A DNA stretch of 64,000 nt from Epiperipatus broadwayi (taxonomy: Eukaryota; Animalia; Onychophora). Positions 1-14,026 of the stretch are shown piece after piece. The notes below the pieces were generated by a model. It searched no databases, had not been told where the DNA came from, and saw only the letters and a program-made list of their open reading frames with translations. The position numbers and the translations under genes are program-made. Positions within the stretch are counted from its first letter, which is position 1, and the number at the start of each line of letters is the position of its first letter. The stretch is from NCBI GenBank assembly GCA_028023455.1, contig JAQFVV010000003.1, forward strand, positions 6,882,001-6,946,000, given 5' to 3'.

Positions 1-1699
1 TTAGTAAAGCAAAAATGAAATTGTTTATTATTTTTAAAGCTTTTGATTATATATTTAAAAAATGATTTCATTAACATGAACACAGTATAATTATAAGAAT
101 AAACTATATTATATGTTTATTATTAAAAATAAATTTTCAAGTGTTTAAATTTACAAGATAGAAAAATATATATATTTTATGTAAGTCTAAAATGTAAGTT
201 TTCTCTGCTTTTAAAATATTTTATTATATAAATTATTTGTAAAGTAATTTTTAATAATAAATAGGAAAACAAATTTTATTTGTCTGAAAGTTTGTCACAA
301 TAACACTCTATATTTCCATTATGTGAGAGATTGTTAATTGTATTTGGGGAAAAAATTTGATCATTTAACAATTAGTTGATGATGGAAATATAATTCCATA
401 TGAACAAATGCTTTTATTTTCTTATAAACCTCTATTTGAATTGAAATCCACATACATAAAAAAGTTTCTTACATTTCAAGCCTCAATTTTCTTATGCTTA
501 ATCAGTTTCAAAAAAAATTCATTATGAAGTTATTAATTTTGAAGTATCCATTACTTTAAATACTAGTATATGTTTCAAATAATATAAAACATTTATTAAA
601 ATATTTTCAATATAAAATAATCTATAACAAATTTTATTTAATCTTAAATATATGTACAAAATAAAATACAGGAAGTTAGTAGATAAACACAATTAATTTT
701 TTGAAAAAAAACAACTTTTAATACATACTAGTGAGTGCCTACAGAAAAGTGATATCTTTTATTAAAATAATAAAAAAAGGATTTACTGTAGTTGATCTTT
801 AAAAAACATTAAAAAATATTACTAAATCTTGCAAACAAATGTAGAGGAGCAAAAACACTACATAAATTGGCCTGCTTTTAAATAAGAAATCAATAAATAT
901 ATATATTAACTTTATTATTGTGGTATAAAAACATTTAATAAACCATCAAAATTTATATTTATATTACTAATATTACTTTAATAGTTATATTTTATAAATA
1001 AGTGAGAAATATTTAAATATTAAATGTTTATTTACATATTTATTTGTTTATGATAATTTCTATATAAAGTACTGCACCAATACATATATTTTATCTTGAA
1101 TATTTTTGTATTATTATTAAAAATAAACACAATATATAAAACATATTTGTAAATATATATTCAAAACTGCAGATATTAAATTAATAGCTACTTAATTTTT
1201 CAGAAGCAAATAGCTGCTGTAAAAATAGAATAGGATAAGATCTATATTGGTCTTCATTTAATATGGTAAAATGCTTATCAGAAAAGCCTGAAAATCAAGG
1301 ATTCTGTTTATATATAACATTTTCACAAGTTGTGAAATATAAAGCTTTTGGAATATAGTCAACAACATAAAATTAAAAAATATTTGTCTTTCTTAATAAT
1401 TCAAATAGCTAAAAAATAATTATGCCAAGATCAAAAGTTTTAGTCTAATATATGTATTGCCTGAAGGTGAGAAAGATATCGCACATTAAATTACATGAAA
1501 AATTTCTTAGACAATAATAGACTGGACAGCAATTTCATTTATTCCATTGGTGTGATGATACTTATGTATTATTTTTTCACTCACTTGGTGAAAATTGATA
1601 GCCATTTTTTATTAATAATTCATTTTTGAGGGCATAATAATATGGCTGTTATTTAAGCATGATTATCATATTAATTATTATGTTAAATATTTTTAAAAT

Positions 1700-2545
1700 A
1701 ATTATAAAAATGCATGAAATTATACAAAACTACAAACAATTGTAATTAAAAATTAAATTTTAATATAATTGTAATAAAAATAAAAGTATAACATACATAA
1801 ATGAAAGCATTTTATAACTCTTCCAACAGTCTGAATAGATGGTAGAACAGTCAATGATAGTATTCTTAATAGCATCCATAAAAATTAGTGCTGTTCTACT
1901 TGCAATAGTTACAATGAAGCACTTACCAGTCTCTCTGCACATGCCACCAACTGTTGTGAAAGTATGCATCCATGTTAGTTTTTTCTTTTACTGAAAGACT
2001 TTAATCTATTTCTATAATTTTGTTAGGCCCTCTGATTTAGCATTATGGTCTAGCTAAAAGATTGGTGATATAAACTTCACATAAGTTATCCAATCAATAA
2101 CAGAGTCCAATAAATCCAGTTGCTTTTTTTTTCTTCATTGCAAGATCAAACTTAATGTAAGTAGTTGTTCCAGTCAATAACAGTTTTAATAAACCCCAAT
2201 ACTTTTCCCCCCATTGTATGGTCATTAATTCCATGTACTTTCTAACCTCATTCCTTTATAAATGGATACTTGTTTAAAACACATTTTGATATTGCACTGC
2301 CATTGTTACACATAAAGTTTCACACCATGGCCATTAGCAAACACTTTTTTATAGGCATTATCTTATAATTCTGAAAGTACTCAACTACCTCTAGATACCT
2401 AATTTTAATCATTTTTACACAAAATAATTATGAAAAATAAGCAAACAACAGCTTAAATTAAAAAACTATGGTAATGGCTGAAAATGCTAAGAAACAATGC
2501 AAAAATTCTAACAATGGTAGCAATGTGTTAATGTTTTTTTATCTC
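1700..2545 (-). mobile_element. Merlin (IS1595/ISXO2-like) DNA transposon remnant, disrupted DDE transposase
   Basis: Minus-strand translations across frameshifts give ANGHGVKL..QWQCNIKMC (N-terminal Zn-finger-like), SVIDW, IRGPNKIIEID*S and VGGMCRETGKCFIV...IYSDCWKSY (ORF 1760-1969). These match Merlin transposase motifs such as GPGKIVEIDES, GGICRETKECF and ISDCWKAY. Confidence 0.75.
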
Positions 2546-2689
2546 ACACATGATACTTGTTAAGTTTTAAAAATATTAAGAAACTGAATATAAATTAATG
2601 CTACATTAAAAAAATTAATAGTAATTTTTAAAAAAAATACCATTCAAAACATTTAATTAATTATTTTTTAGATATATTATAATGTACAA

Positions 2690-2900
2690 TTGTTAACAAG
2701 CTACTACCATTGTCGTAATGTTTGTGTATTTCCTAACATTTTCAGTGTTTATAATACTTTTTTAATTTAAGCTTACTTTGTGCAAAAAAAAAAAAAATTT
2801 GGCATCTACCAGTGACAGAAAAAGAGGCAGCTGAAAAATTTCAGAATTATAAGATAGTGCCCCCAAAAAAATGTTTCCTAGTGAGCATGATATAATACTT
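2690..2900 (+). mobile_element. Second Merlin 5' fragment, inverted relative to the first
   Basis: Reverse-complement similarity to 2325-2540 (shared gcttaaattaaaaaa and ttcagaattataagata). Translates as IWHLPVTEKEAAEKFQNYKIVP, a Merlin-like N-terminus, and is cut off where the Gypsy remnant begins. Confidence 0.6.
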
Positions 2901-5400
2901 GTCATTATATATGGTTCATGGTAAAATCAATCATATTATAGGTTATAAATAATACCCAGAACTAGGTATTAAAGTTACCACAATTAAAATAATCAATATT
3001 GAACATGAGATCAAATGCAATTTTTAGGTCTATTTAAAATAAAAAATAATGAAAACTAAACATTGCAATTGATCTTAGGGAAAAGCAAAACTCAAAAGCT
3101 ACTCTTCATTCAAAAATTGAAAGTTAAGAAAACTCTAAATGAACTAGTTCAGAAGAAAGTACTAACACCTATGGAAGAGTCTGACTGCACCACATCTATA
3201 TTTATAATTTCAAAGTGAGATGGATGCATAAAAATTTATAATGATTATTAATTCACTATAAATAAAATCTTAGATAAAAGTGTGTACCCAATACAAAACA
3301 TTAGGGAAATTCTTGCACTGTTATAAATGTCAACATACTTAGCAAAACTATATTTAAATGCTGCATTACATCAGATTTGAGCAAGTAAAAGATCATCCAT
3401 CCAGTTATTAACTATAATGATGCATATTTGTCAATTCTACTGTAATCATCTATCTTTAGGTGTATTAACAGCACCAACTATTCAAGCAAAAATCGATACT
3501 TTACTCCAGAGACTTTATAGCATGGATTTAATATTTTGATATTTTTATCACACTAAGTTCAGACATATTACTTAAAAACATGTAAACAAGGTCTTCTGGA
3601 GACTAGAGAATTTTTGAATATAAATGAATAAAAACAAATGCATTTGAAATACCCAAAAACTATACTTTTTTAAACACATAATCAATAAAAGGGATAAATT
3701 ATCTGACTTGAAGAAAATACAAACTGTTCAAAAAACTCCAAAATCAAACAACATCAAAGACCTATAAGCTTTTTTAGGCTTAGTAAACTTTTTAAAATCT
3801 TTTTAAAAAAATAAGGCTGAAATAGCCCATTCATTATATGATTTATTGAAGAAAAATCAAAGTTTGTTATGGTCTGAATGCCATGAAAAAGCATTTAATA
3901 AAACTAAAGTTCTGTTAACATTGAAACTGTTATTTCTCCATTACAATAGTGATTTTTAAGTACTACAGATGGTTTTGACTATGGTGCAGGGATTGCAGTA
4001 ACTCACCCAATGTATAGCATAGAAATACCAATAGCATATGCATCTATATCATTATCTAATGCTGAAAAAAATTATAATGAATTAAAGAAAGAAGCACTGG
4101 CTGTATTTGGATTTTTTTTTAAAATTTCAAGGTCAAAATTTTACTGTGATAATAGATCATAAACCATTATTAGGATATTTTGTGATTCAAGACTTACCTG
4201 ACATTTTAGTCCCACACATGTTATTTTATTTAAGTTTTCTATTGGCATATAACTATGAAATGAAGTATATGCACATGCATGCTCAAACCAATGTCTAATA
4301 GACCAGAAATTGAAATAAACTATAAAGACATTCTTTATTCAAATATACTAAATAGTAAGACAGTTACAAACTAGATTAAAAATGATGGCAGGTATCAAGA
4401 ATTAATTAGATGTATAAACAGGGGTTGCCCACAAAATGCCAAAATTTCTATCATCTTCTTTTAGAATGCCAGAATACATCTCACAATATGTGGTGGTTGC
4501 ATATTAAATGGTGACCAAGTTGTAATACTAATGGTAGAAGACAGATTTTAAATTTATTTCATAACTGGAATCAAGAAATTATCAGAATTAAAGCATGAGC
4601 AAGAAGTTACATCTAGTGAATGAATATTAATAATGAAATTGAAAAGTTTATTTTAAAATGTAAACAATGACAATTTGCAGCTAAACTACCAGAAAATTTT
4701 TTTATAAAATGGCCTATGACAATTCAACTATGGCAGCAAATATATATTAACCACACTGGATTCTTTAATGATCACATTTTTATAGTTGTTGCAGAAGCAT
4801 ACTCCCATTGGTAGAATACAGAATTATAAAAATTATGCGCTCAAAAAAAAAAAAAAAAAAGAAATTATAAGAAATTTTCTTACATCTTGGTTTATCAAAA
4901 ACATCATATCTGACAATGGCTCTAGTTTTAATTCCAATAAATTTAATAAATATTTAGCTGAATGGGAAGGGGGAATTAAACATGTTATTATTTTGCCTTG
5001 GTGGAAAATGCAGTTGGCATTTTGAAAAGAACAAATAAAATAACTGAAATTTCAAGAAACTGTGTTTAATATGTTGCTACAACATTTAACTCCAACTGCA
5101 ATAACAGGAAAATCTCCTGCTGAATTACTATTCAGAAGAAATCTTAAAATTAAATGTATGCTTCTTCATAATAAAGAAAACTTCCAGAAAATTACTACAA
5201 AACCAAAAATATTTTGTTGTAGGTGATAAAATTCTATTTAAAGACATTTTATGAAAAAAATAGGGTTAAAGCAATATAGTTAAGATAATTCATCTGCACA
5301 AATTATTGAAGCATTAATGACTGATGGAATGAAACTGAAAAAAAAAAACACAAATCATTTGAAAACAGATAATGACTTGATGAAAATAAATATAGTAGAC
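2900..5400 (+). mobile_element. Decayed Ty3/Gypsy pol (end of protease, RT, RNase H, integrase)
   Basis: Recognisable motifs in Gypsy order despite stops: KVKKTLNELVQKKVLTP, VYPIQNIREIL, LSLGVLTAP (RT); IPIAYAS...AEKNY and IIDHKPLLG (RNase H, ORF 4107-4298); IISDNGSSFNS (integrase, ORF 4786-5025), TGKSPAELLF, VGDKILFKD. No LTR pair found. Confidence 0.85.
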
Positions 5401-5625
5401 AGAAAAAAAACTAAGCAGGTGACAAAAACAAATAGATTGTCAAATGCTTAAACAAGATCCAAGAGAAACAAACAAAGTAGTGGAAGAAGATGAAGCTGAT
5501 GAGTTCAGAAGATGCTGTTTCCAAGAGACGTGCTAATAAAAGAAAAAAAAAATACCTGACTCCAGAATACTCACATGATTATGAAAGCATTGTTTTTCTG
5601 AAGTAGTAGGGGTGATATTCCTAAG

Positions 5626-5660
5626 TATATATATATATATATATGTGTGTGTGTATGTGT

Positions 5661-5713
<53 letters not shown>
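5626..5713. repeat. (TA)n/(TG)n microsatellite
   Basis: Directly visible compound dinucleotide run, immediately followed by TGTAACC. Confidence 0.95.
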
Positions 5714-5716
<3 letters not shown>

Positions 5717-7199
5717 AACCTTACTGTCAGGCTTGATCTTCATCAAGTTCTATTTTATTAAAATTTTAAATGTTATGAAACTGTAATTTTAATCATTAAT
5801 TTTATAGTTAAAATCATTAGCGTGTTCTAATAGTTATTAATGATTGTGATATGAGGATAAGAAAATTTAATCTTTTAATAATATTCTAATAATAAATGTT
5901 TTATCTCTTTAAGTAATTAACTTAAAATAATAAACGGGCTAAATTATATTAATTAACAATAATCCTAGTACTAAAGTAATATTAAAATTAATAGTATTTA
6001 TTTTATAAACTAAACTAGTAATAATAAGTTTACTATTTAAGTGTAGAATATAAAGTTTTCTAAAATGTTTATTAAAATTGCTTTTATTTAATCATTATAC
6101 TAAATTAATATTTGCAATATTTTAATTTAAATGTCCAGATTATTTAACCAATATTTTACAGTTTTCTGTCAAATTGTATGTGGGTGTGCTTACAAATAGT
6201 TTGACAATTAAAATAGTTTTAATATTTGTATTTAAAATACAAACAATTTAATATTATTTTAAATAAAAACAGGTAATTATTTTAATATTTTATAATTGAG
6301 TGATAAGTTTTAAAAAACTCAAAATTAGAATTAATTTTTAGTAAAACAAAAATATTTAATAATTGAAATGTTTTTTTCTTTAAATTATATTATTTTTTTA
6401 ACTTTAATTTGTTAATAAGTTCATTTCAATTAGTTTTAATCTAAAATCAAAATGTGGAGATTTGCTATTTTTAGCAAAGATCTGTGTTAACAATTAAAAA
6501 ATTTGATTGTTTTTTAATTTGCAATCAGCCTTTAATTAAAAATTTAATAAATAGAACTGCAAAAACTTAGAAAAAGAAAATTATTTCAAACTATCAAGTG
6601 AAGATGATTTTAAAATATCAAGAGAAAGGCTTATTATTCACCTAAATATTGTGTATAAATTTTATTTTAAAACTTTTTTTTAAAGAAAAGTATAAAATAT
6701 TTTTTTTTAGTTATTCCATAAAATATGGAATAGAATAAATATACCATCACTTACAGAGAAAACATTGGAACCATTTGCTGACAATTCAGAAAATTTATTT
6801 CACTAATTGGACTAAAGCTACAACAGGAGAAATGACTTCAAAGAATTATAATACTCAAGAAAAGTTCTACCTGTCTGTAAACATAATTTTTTCTAAACTA
6901 TCTATTGATTCTTTTAATTGTGAAGACAGTAAAATAAATAACAAATATTAGTGTCATAATTTCAAAATTAAGGTAAAGAGTATTTTTAAAACATTTTGCA
7001 CAAGAAAAAAATTTTATGCAAACTATTTTAAAAGATATATATTTTTAAAAGTAAAGTAATTCTTCTTTTAGACTTGTAAGAACACCTTTAAAAAAAGTAA
7101 AGATCATTTTGAATTAATTTTATTACTACCATTAAACACATAAATAACATTATTAAATGTGAAAGAATTCTTGCAGTTTATTAATTATTTAAAAATAAT

Positions 7200-10100
7200 A
7201 ACCCATATATTTCTGACTTCAAATTAGTCATAAACGAATATAGACTCTTAATGCAAAAGTTCTTGGCAATTGTTTTATTTGAATTCTTATTTATAAATCA
7301 CCTTAAATGGACCTATAAAACTGAATATAACTTTTGCTCTATTAAAATGAAATTGTGATAACTATTGAGTAAAATATTTACTTACTAATATTATCTTTAA
7401 ATTAACAATAATTCAAAATTAGTGATTCATTAAAAAAATAACTTAATAATAATCAAAGGTATAAAATGTTATTCAATGGATTATTTTAAATTGTTAACCT
7501 GGAATCATAAAGCCATGTATATTAATATTGTTTTAAGATCAGCATTAATATTCAAGAATTGTGTTTTCTTCCAGTTTTAAAAAAAATCACAAATAGTTTA
7601 ATGATTTTAACAATTAATAATTCCTTAATAATTTATAATCTTTTATTAATGAATAATTATGTTTTGGCTATGATTATGAGGGATAACACCTCGAAAGTGC
7701 TTAGCCTGAATTAACTCATTTTAATTGTTTGTTATTAACAGCTTCTACCAGCGTTTTAAAGCGCTTGTATATTCAATATGTGTTTATACACATCAAGTAT
7801 ACCTTGATTTCTTTAATAAATTGAAGATATTTATTTTATAATATTTATAATATATATAGTAATGATAATGCAAAAGATGTTTGTCCATGTGTTTTCTGTA
7901 TTTGAATGTCCAAATGGATGTTGATATTTTTTTATAATTTCATTGATATATCTACAGAAAGCAGGAAATAGCTGATTTTGATATTTACGTGGAAGTAGTA
8001 ATAGGAGTATTTAAAGTGCTTATGGTATTGGTTTTGAAATAAGAAAAAAATAATAATTGCCTCACGAAAAGAGTCAGCAGTAAATATATTTAACCCAAGT
8101 TTGAAGATATATAAAGAAATCTTAAATATTTTTTTATGTATTCAATTATATAATCTTCTTATATTTTAGTGTTAATATGTTATTGTACAATCAACTTGCA
8201 AATAAAGTATAAGGATCCAATATGCCTGGTATTTAAAATTGTATATTTTGGGTAAAATATGATCACAAGACAGGTAATATAATTTAAAGTAATTAATAAA
8301 TGTTATTATGTAACTTTTTATTTTTGTTTAGTAAAGTTGCATTTGTTAAAACAATGTTTATTGAATTCAAGTATATTGAATATTTTAAATTAGTATACTG
8401 TTGATAATTATTATCTATTATTAATTACTTTGGGTTAATAATTAATGTTTTAATCTTGCCGTGTATTTGTTTATGATTCCTGTATTATAGGCATTGTTGA
8501 TTTTGAGATTTTGATTGTTGCATGTTGGCTGATCATGACCTAATAAGTTGTGATATTTGTTATCTATTACATATCCATGTAAACTCATATTAGGATGTAT
8601 TTTTTCTTTACCCTACAAGGAAGTTTTAAATCGTTAACATGGATTAATCATGTATATGCCCATAAATTTTGAGTTTATCAAGGCCTATACCATTTAACAC
8701 ATAATTTTTATGTATCTTTTTTTTTTTAAAAGGATTAACCACTGCTTCTTTTTTATATTTTTATGGGATATTAGACTATATGTAGTTATAAAATGACCAT
8801 GGTCCACATTATTGATTTATTAAATAGACCAGCAAGCTATTTATCAGCATTAAACAAACTATTATACAAAATATATTATTAACATTAAGTATTAATTTAT
8901 AATAATGTATTTTTTTTAATTATTATGACTCAGAATGATATGAAACATATATGTTTTACTTAGCAACTATTATTCTTAATTAAATTTATTATTGAATTAA
9001 GCTTCTTAGCCATAGTGTATAAAATTATAATAATAAGTTATTGATTAACAAAATATATTTTAGAATGCTGCCATATCAATTTTAGATATACATTAAAAGA
9101 ATGTTGCCAGTCTAATCTCAAACATAAATAAAATTAGGGAAGTTACATTACCCTTCAGCATGATGATATAAATATGATCATCAATGCATCAAAAACACTT
9201 ATCATCTTAATATTACCATATAATCAATTTTTTTAGCTTATCATTATTTAGGTAATAATCCCATGATCATCATATTTGTATTTTTTGTATGAAGAAATAA
9301 CTAAGTCAGTAAAGTGTAATATATATTGATAAGATCTAAGTAGATCTACCATGTTAATTTTAAAATTTATTCTAATAGTTTTTTTTTAATAAAATATAAT
9401 AAAGAATTGTTTGTAAATAATACTTGTAAATAAAATTTCTTTTGTTTTGAAATTTAATAAGCTATTTGATTACCTTATTGATATTGCTTGACACTATCCA
9501 TACTATTGTTAGTGTCATTATAAATCAATATTATTAGATATTAATACTTCAGAGCATATGATATCATATTATTGAATTAAATTATTATAAATATTGTTAG
9601 TATTACTATGAAATACTATTTTAAGATAATAGCCTAAGAATAAAATAACTGATTGTAAGAAAATAATACTATATTAGGACAATATAATAAATTTAAACTT
9701 GGTCAGGGATTCAGAATGAATAATTTTTGGATTACATTATTATTTTAACATTATTACTATTACAATTATGATCAAAATATTATATAACATTTATCAAGAT
9801 TATCTGATTATTGATATTATTGTTAGGTTTACATCACAGTTAGAAATTTGTTTAGTTATTTATAAGATTTAGAATCTTCTTGTTATTACTGTTAATATGC
9901 TGAATCAGATATTCCTTAATAATTTCTTTTGTATTATTTATTTTCATCTATATGTCTGTATAGCAATAAAATCCCTCTTGTTTATCCAGGTATATATTAT
10001 TATATGTTAATTTATGAAATTAGTAAGACCCCTGAGACATCATTAATAAATAATTTTAAAAATTGATTCCACTTATTAAACTTTATTTGTTAATCTATTT

Positions 10101-10560
10101 TATTTCCATTACATTAATCTTTTGTTGTTATTATTATAATTAACTAATAACCCAAAAACTTGAGCAGATTCTTTGGGATTATTTAAATTTGAAACCGTTA
10201 TCATTTGCAATATCGAATTGATTTTTCATCATCATATCATAACAGTTCAAACTTATTCTTATTTTCTGCTAATTTCTGTCATCATATTCTTTTTTTTTAT
10301 CATTATAATTTATTCATCCTTCATTGATTTCTATTTTCATCATAAGATTAGTGATTCATTATCTTCATAAATTTACATTTACATCTTTCTCACTCTTTAG
10401 ATTTATTCATCTTTCAATCTTAATCATTAATTCTTATTCATCTTTTATTAATTCTTCATTTTTCCTCATATTCTTTTATTATTCATTCATTTCATTTTTC
10501 CTTATTTTAATTAATTTCAATTTCTATTCCTCAAAGTATTTACTTAATTCATAATGATGT
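7200..10560 (-). mobile_element. Heavily decayed Gypsy gag-pol
   Basis: Minus-strand remnants in Gypsy order: K/E/N-rich gag-like segment (~10200-10550), LNKFL and HSESLTKF (RT-like), HNLLGH (integrase Zn-binding), YQHPFGHSNTE (integrase core-like), FIGPFKVI (GPF motif, ~7300). Many stops; no paired LTR found. Confidence 0.6.
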
Positions 10561-10599
10561 TGCTTTGTTGCGTGATTGTAAATACGATGTATGTTTAAT

Positions 10600-11750
10600 A
10601 ATTGTTTTTTTTCCTCAGTGATGAAAGCTTTTATTCATCAAAAAGACAAAATACACAACAGTTAAAAAAGCTTTACAAAGAGATGATTACATGGCAAAAT
10701 GAAATTCAAGAACAAAATGGTGAAAGGGAAGGGAATACATATGAAATGGGAAGATATGGAAAGTGTGTGTAGTCCAGGCAAAAAAGAGTCTTTGGTAAGG
10801 AGCAATGTTGATAGGCTTGGTTGCCCTAGTGGATTGATAGAAGGGTTCATATGTGACATTAACTTTGGAGGAATTTCTATATGTTAAGTCTTTAGAGGTT
10901 TCAGCGATGGATAGGGAGATTTCTGAGTAATGCTTAGATGCAACAGACCGATTTTTGTCTTTTGTAGATGAGTAATTTTAGTTTTTCCCATTGTACTTGG
11001 AGTGGCATTATGATTGGTTGTGTTGTTTTTTATGGCTTGCTTTTTATCTTTGATAAAGCAAACCACAGCCTGAGAGGAAAGAAAATCCAAAGGGCAAGGA
11101 GGTGGAGTTTTTGAAGTAAGTTCTGTGGTGATGATGCATTTAGTTAAGTTTTGTTTGAAATTTGATTTGGATACATTTTGGGTAGTTTTGGAGGTTTTAG
11201 TTCATGTAGTTTAGGTCGCTGCACATTTTTTTCCACTAAGGGCAGTGGCCATCTTTAAACTGTTTGAAAGAATGAAAAGTTAATATGAAGAAAACAATTT
11301 TGAAATGGGAAAAATTAAATGTATCGATGTAAAAGCAAAAAAAAAAAACCACTGGAAAACTTATTATTGATAATTTTAGTTGAGTAATGAAAAAATTGAG
11401 TGAAATTTTAGGCAGTTAGTTACCCCAGAGGAGAGGGGAGGTCTGAAAAAAAGGATTGTTAAAATGGCCTAAATAACTGAAACAACACAAAAAAACTTTA
11501 TAAACAAGTTCTGAGTGACAGAGAAATTGGAGAAGGAGAAATATTTAGGAGTCTAAGAGGGAATAAACCCTTTTTGCCACCCACCAAATGGGGGGGGGGG
11601 GAGAGAATGAGATAGTTAAATGCTGATAAGAACAAGGTAGACATGGAAAATTATGTTTAAAATGCACTAAAGTTGAGATTTAGTGAATGAAAAAATTCAT
11701 TAGCAGCAAAATAAGGCCTTTAAGGGGCCAAATAAATATAAAAGGTATCT
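10600..11750 (-). mobile_element. Possible non-LTR retrotransposon 3' remnant
   Basis: Locally GC-richer block with broken minus-strand ORFs (10884-11090, 10662-10859) loosely resembling LINE RT C-termini, ending in AATAAA and a short A run near 10610. No diagnostic motif seen. Confidence 0.3.
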
Positions 11751-12120
11751 TTCACTGCTGCAAAACCAACTTTTCTAAACCATTCTGTGCAAGCTGTTTT
11801 ATAATTATTTTCTTTTGTTATGGCTAGTTCGGTCTTTGTGCTCTATCTAATTTTATAGTGTTTTGATTACAAGAGATTTATAGCTAATGTACTCTACATA
11901 TTTGTTTGTATAATGTGCTATATCTATCTATTTTATAATGAGTTTGGAGCAGGCTCATGGCATGGTTTTGGATTAAGTGTCATGTGACTTGAAACTTGTA
12001 TAAAATGCTCCAAGTTGGAATTTTATATATTGTTTTCCAAAGTGTGAGATCTCAATATATATATATTAAACAAGCAATAAACATGCTCTATGTATACATG
12101 TGTGTTGCATATATATATAT

Positions 12121-14017
12121 TGTAATGGTATGCACCCTCTCAACAAGTTAAGTTAAGGTAGTCACATCTCACTATAGTCAGATTTAAGGTCTTCATATAG
12201 GATGCCACAAATGATGTGATTTAATTTTGATATAAAACTATATTTGTTCCCAATAACTAATTTATTATTAAAAAAAAGTTATTATATCTAAACCACATCA
12301 AATCAACTTTCACCTTAATTAACTTTACAGTTATGCTCAGATTTCAAACTCAGGGAAGTTTAATAATTTACTCTCTTCAGGGGTTCCTATCAATATTCTA
12401 AAGTATTATTAATAACGAATCTCACTAACTCTTTAAATCAAATAAAATTGAAAACTTTATTTTATTTAATATAAAAAACATAATTATTTATTTAACAATT
12501 AAATAATTTAAATTTTACAATATATAAAAAATATTTATATATCTACCTCCTTATATTAAAAATATAAATATTCTATTTACTTACAGTAGATATATTTTCT
12601 AACCTATAACACTACATGATTTTACAATGTATATAAAATATAAATATCCAAATATTAAGACTTTTATATTAACACTATTTTACAATAATTAGATTATACA
12701 AATAATCTAATCCAATCATTTGTATATAATACCTTCATTCGTTAAAATGACTGTAATTTATATTTATTAATATAAAATTATATACTTCACAACAATGTTA
12801 ATCATTTATTCATTTATCATACATTACAATTATTAGACTATTTGGGTTAGTATAAACAATGTAGTGTCATGTCATAAAAAATAATAATATGTGGATTTAA
12901 AAATAATTTAATCTCTTACCTCAAGTTCACATTATCCCTTTCCTGTATTAACATTTCTCAACCTATATTTAAGTCTTTATTAATCATAAATAAAAATAAA
13001 AATATCTTAAATTATTAATTCTCTCTTATTATTCATAAGAAATGAATACGATGATAAAGTAAATGAAATTAACTTTTCCCAATTATAACTTTCAAAAATC
13101 TTAAATGGTATTTATAAAAGTTAATACAATAATCTCAGATGTTTTTCGTGAATGAAAATCCTTTGAAGATGCAGTTTTTGATTTCTTCATTGTTAGACAT
13201 TAAAGAAAATAATAGGATATCCTAAGTTGACATTTAGTTTCCTCTTTATATGTAGATTTCATCTTCTTAATATACAGTTCCTTTATTAACAATTATAATT
13301 CCATTTTGAAGATCTAATTATTTTTATAATTTTAAGGCATTCAGCAAAAGACACATATATGTTTGATTAGGCAAGTGAATTTTATCTATCCCATGATAAA
13401 TTGGTGTTCTATCCACTTTGCATTTTCTTTATAATGTAAAGTACATTAAATTCAATTGAAGTTTTTATAAACATGTTCTTTTTTTAAAACACAGTTTAGA
13501 TTTTAGAACATGTAATTCAACAATTTTTATAGAACATGAAAATATATTCAGATTACTTTCTTTAAACAAATATTAAAAGATTTCTTCTAATGAATATTAA
13601 ATTGTTCAAAATATAGATGTTATCTTACACTGTTCTTTTAAATCGAACATAGTATAAATTTTTATGAGGATATAGCTGACAAAAAATAGAATCCTTAGTC
13701 TTCTAACAAAAACAATAGAATTAATATATCTCGCTCCATCAGCTTGCTCAAGCATACACATTCTACATTGTTGCAATAACAATTCAATATTAAAACACTA
13801 AGTTAATTTCATTTCCTGTAATTTGATAAACTATGTGAACTCAAAGGTCATTTATAACCTTGTCAACCACCTTTTGTCAAAATCTTTTTTTCATTTTAAA
13901 AAATGAAAAATACTAACTTAACAAGTTATATATTTATTTTCATAAATATAATAATAATGCAAATATAATGTACACATATTGATTACATGTATGTATGAGT
14001 ATATATATACTCCTACA
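12121..14017 (-). repeat. 3' LTR (1897 bp)
   Basis: TG...CA termini; roughly mid-90s percent identical by eye to 17851-19770; adjacent to the PPT. Confidence 0.95.
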
Positions 14018-14026
14018 TTTCCCCTC
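14018..14026 (-). promoter_or_regulatory. Polypurine tract
   Basis: Minus strand reads GAGGGGAAA directly before the TG of the 3' LTR. Confidence 0.8.

Noticed and set aside
2350-2870. Apparent MITE with GGCA(C/T)TATC termini
   Set aside because: Inverted homology continues beyond these termini into transposase codons and no TSD is present; better explained as two Merlin 5' ends.
10173-10554. Hydrophobic plus-strand ORFs (10173-10370, 10324-10554) and other 60-90-aa F/I/L-rich ORFs
   Set aside because: They are antisense shadows of K/E/N-rich TE sequence or chance ORFs in AT-rich DNA, often with non-ATG starts.
10605-10650. CCTCAGTGATGAAAGC, similar to the hammerhead family 5' half
   Set aside because: C3 is replaced and no downstream GAAA or stem III exists; probably chance or a LINE tail.
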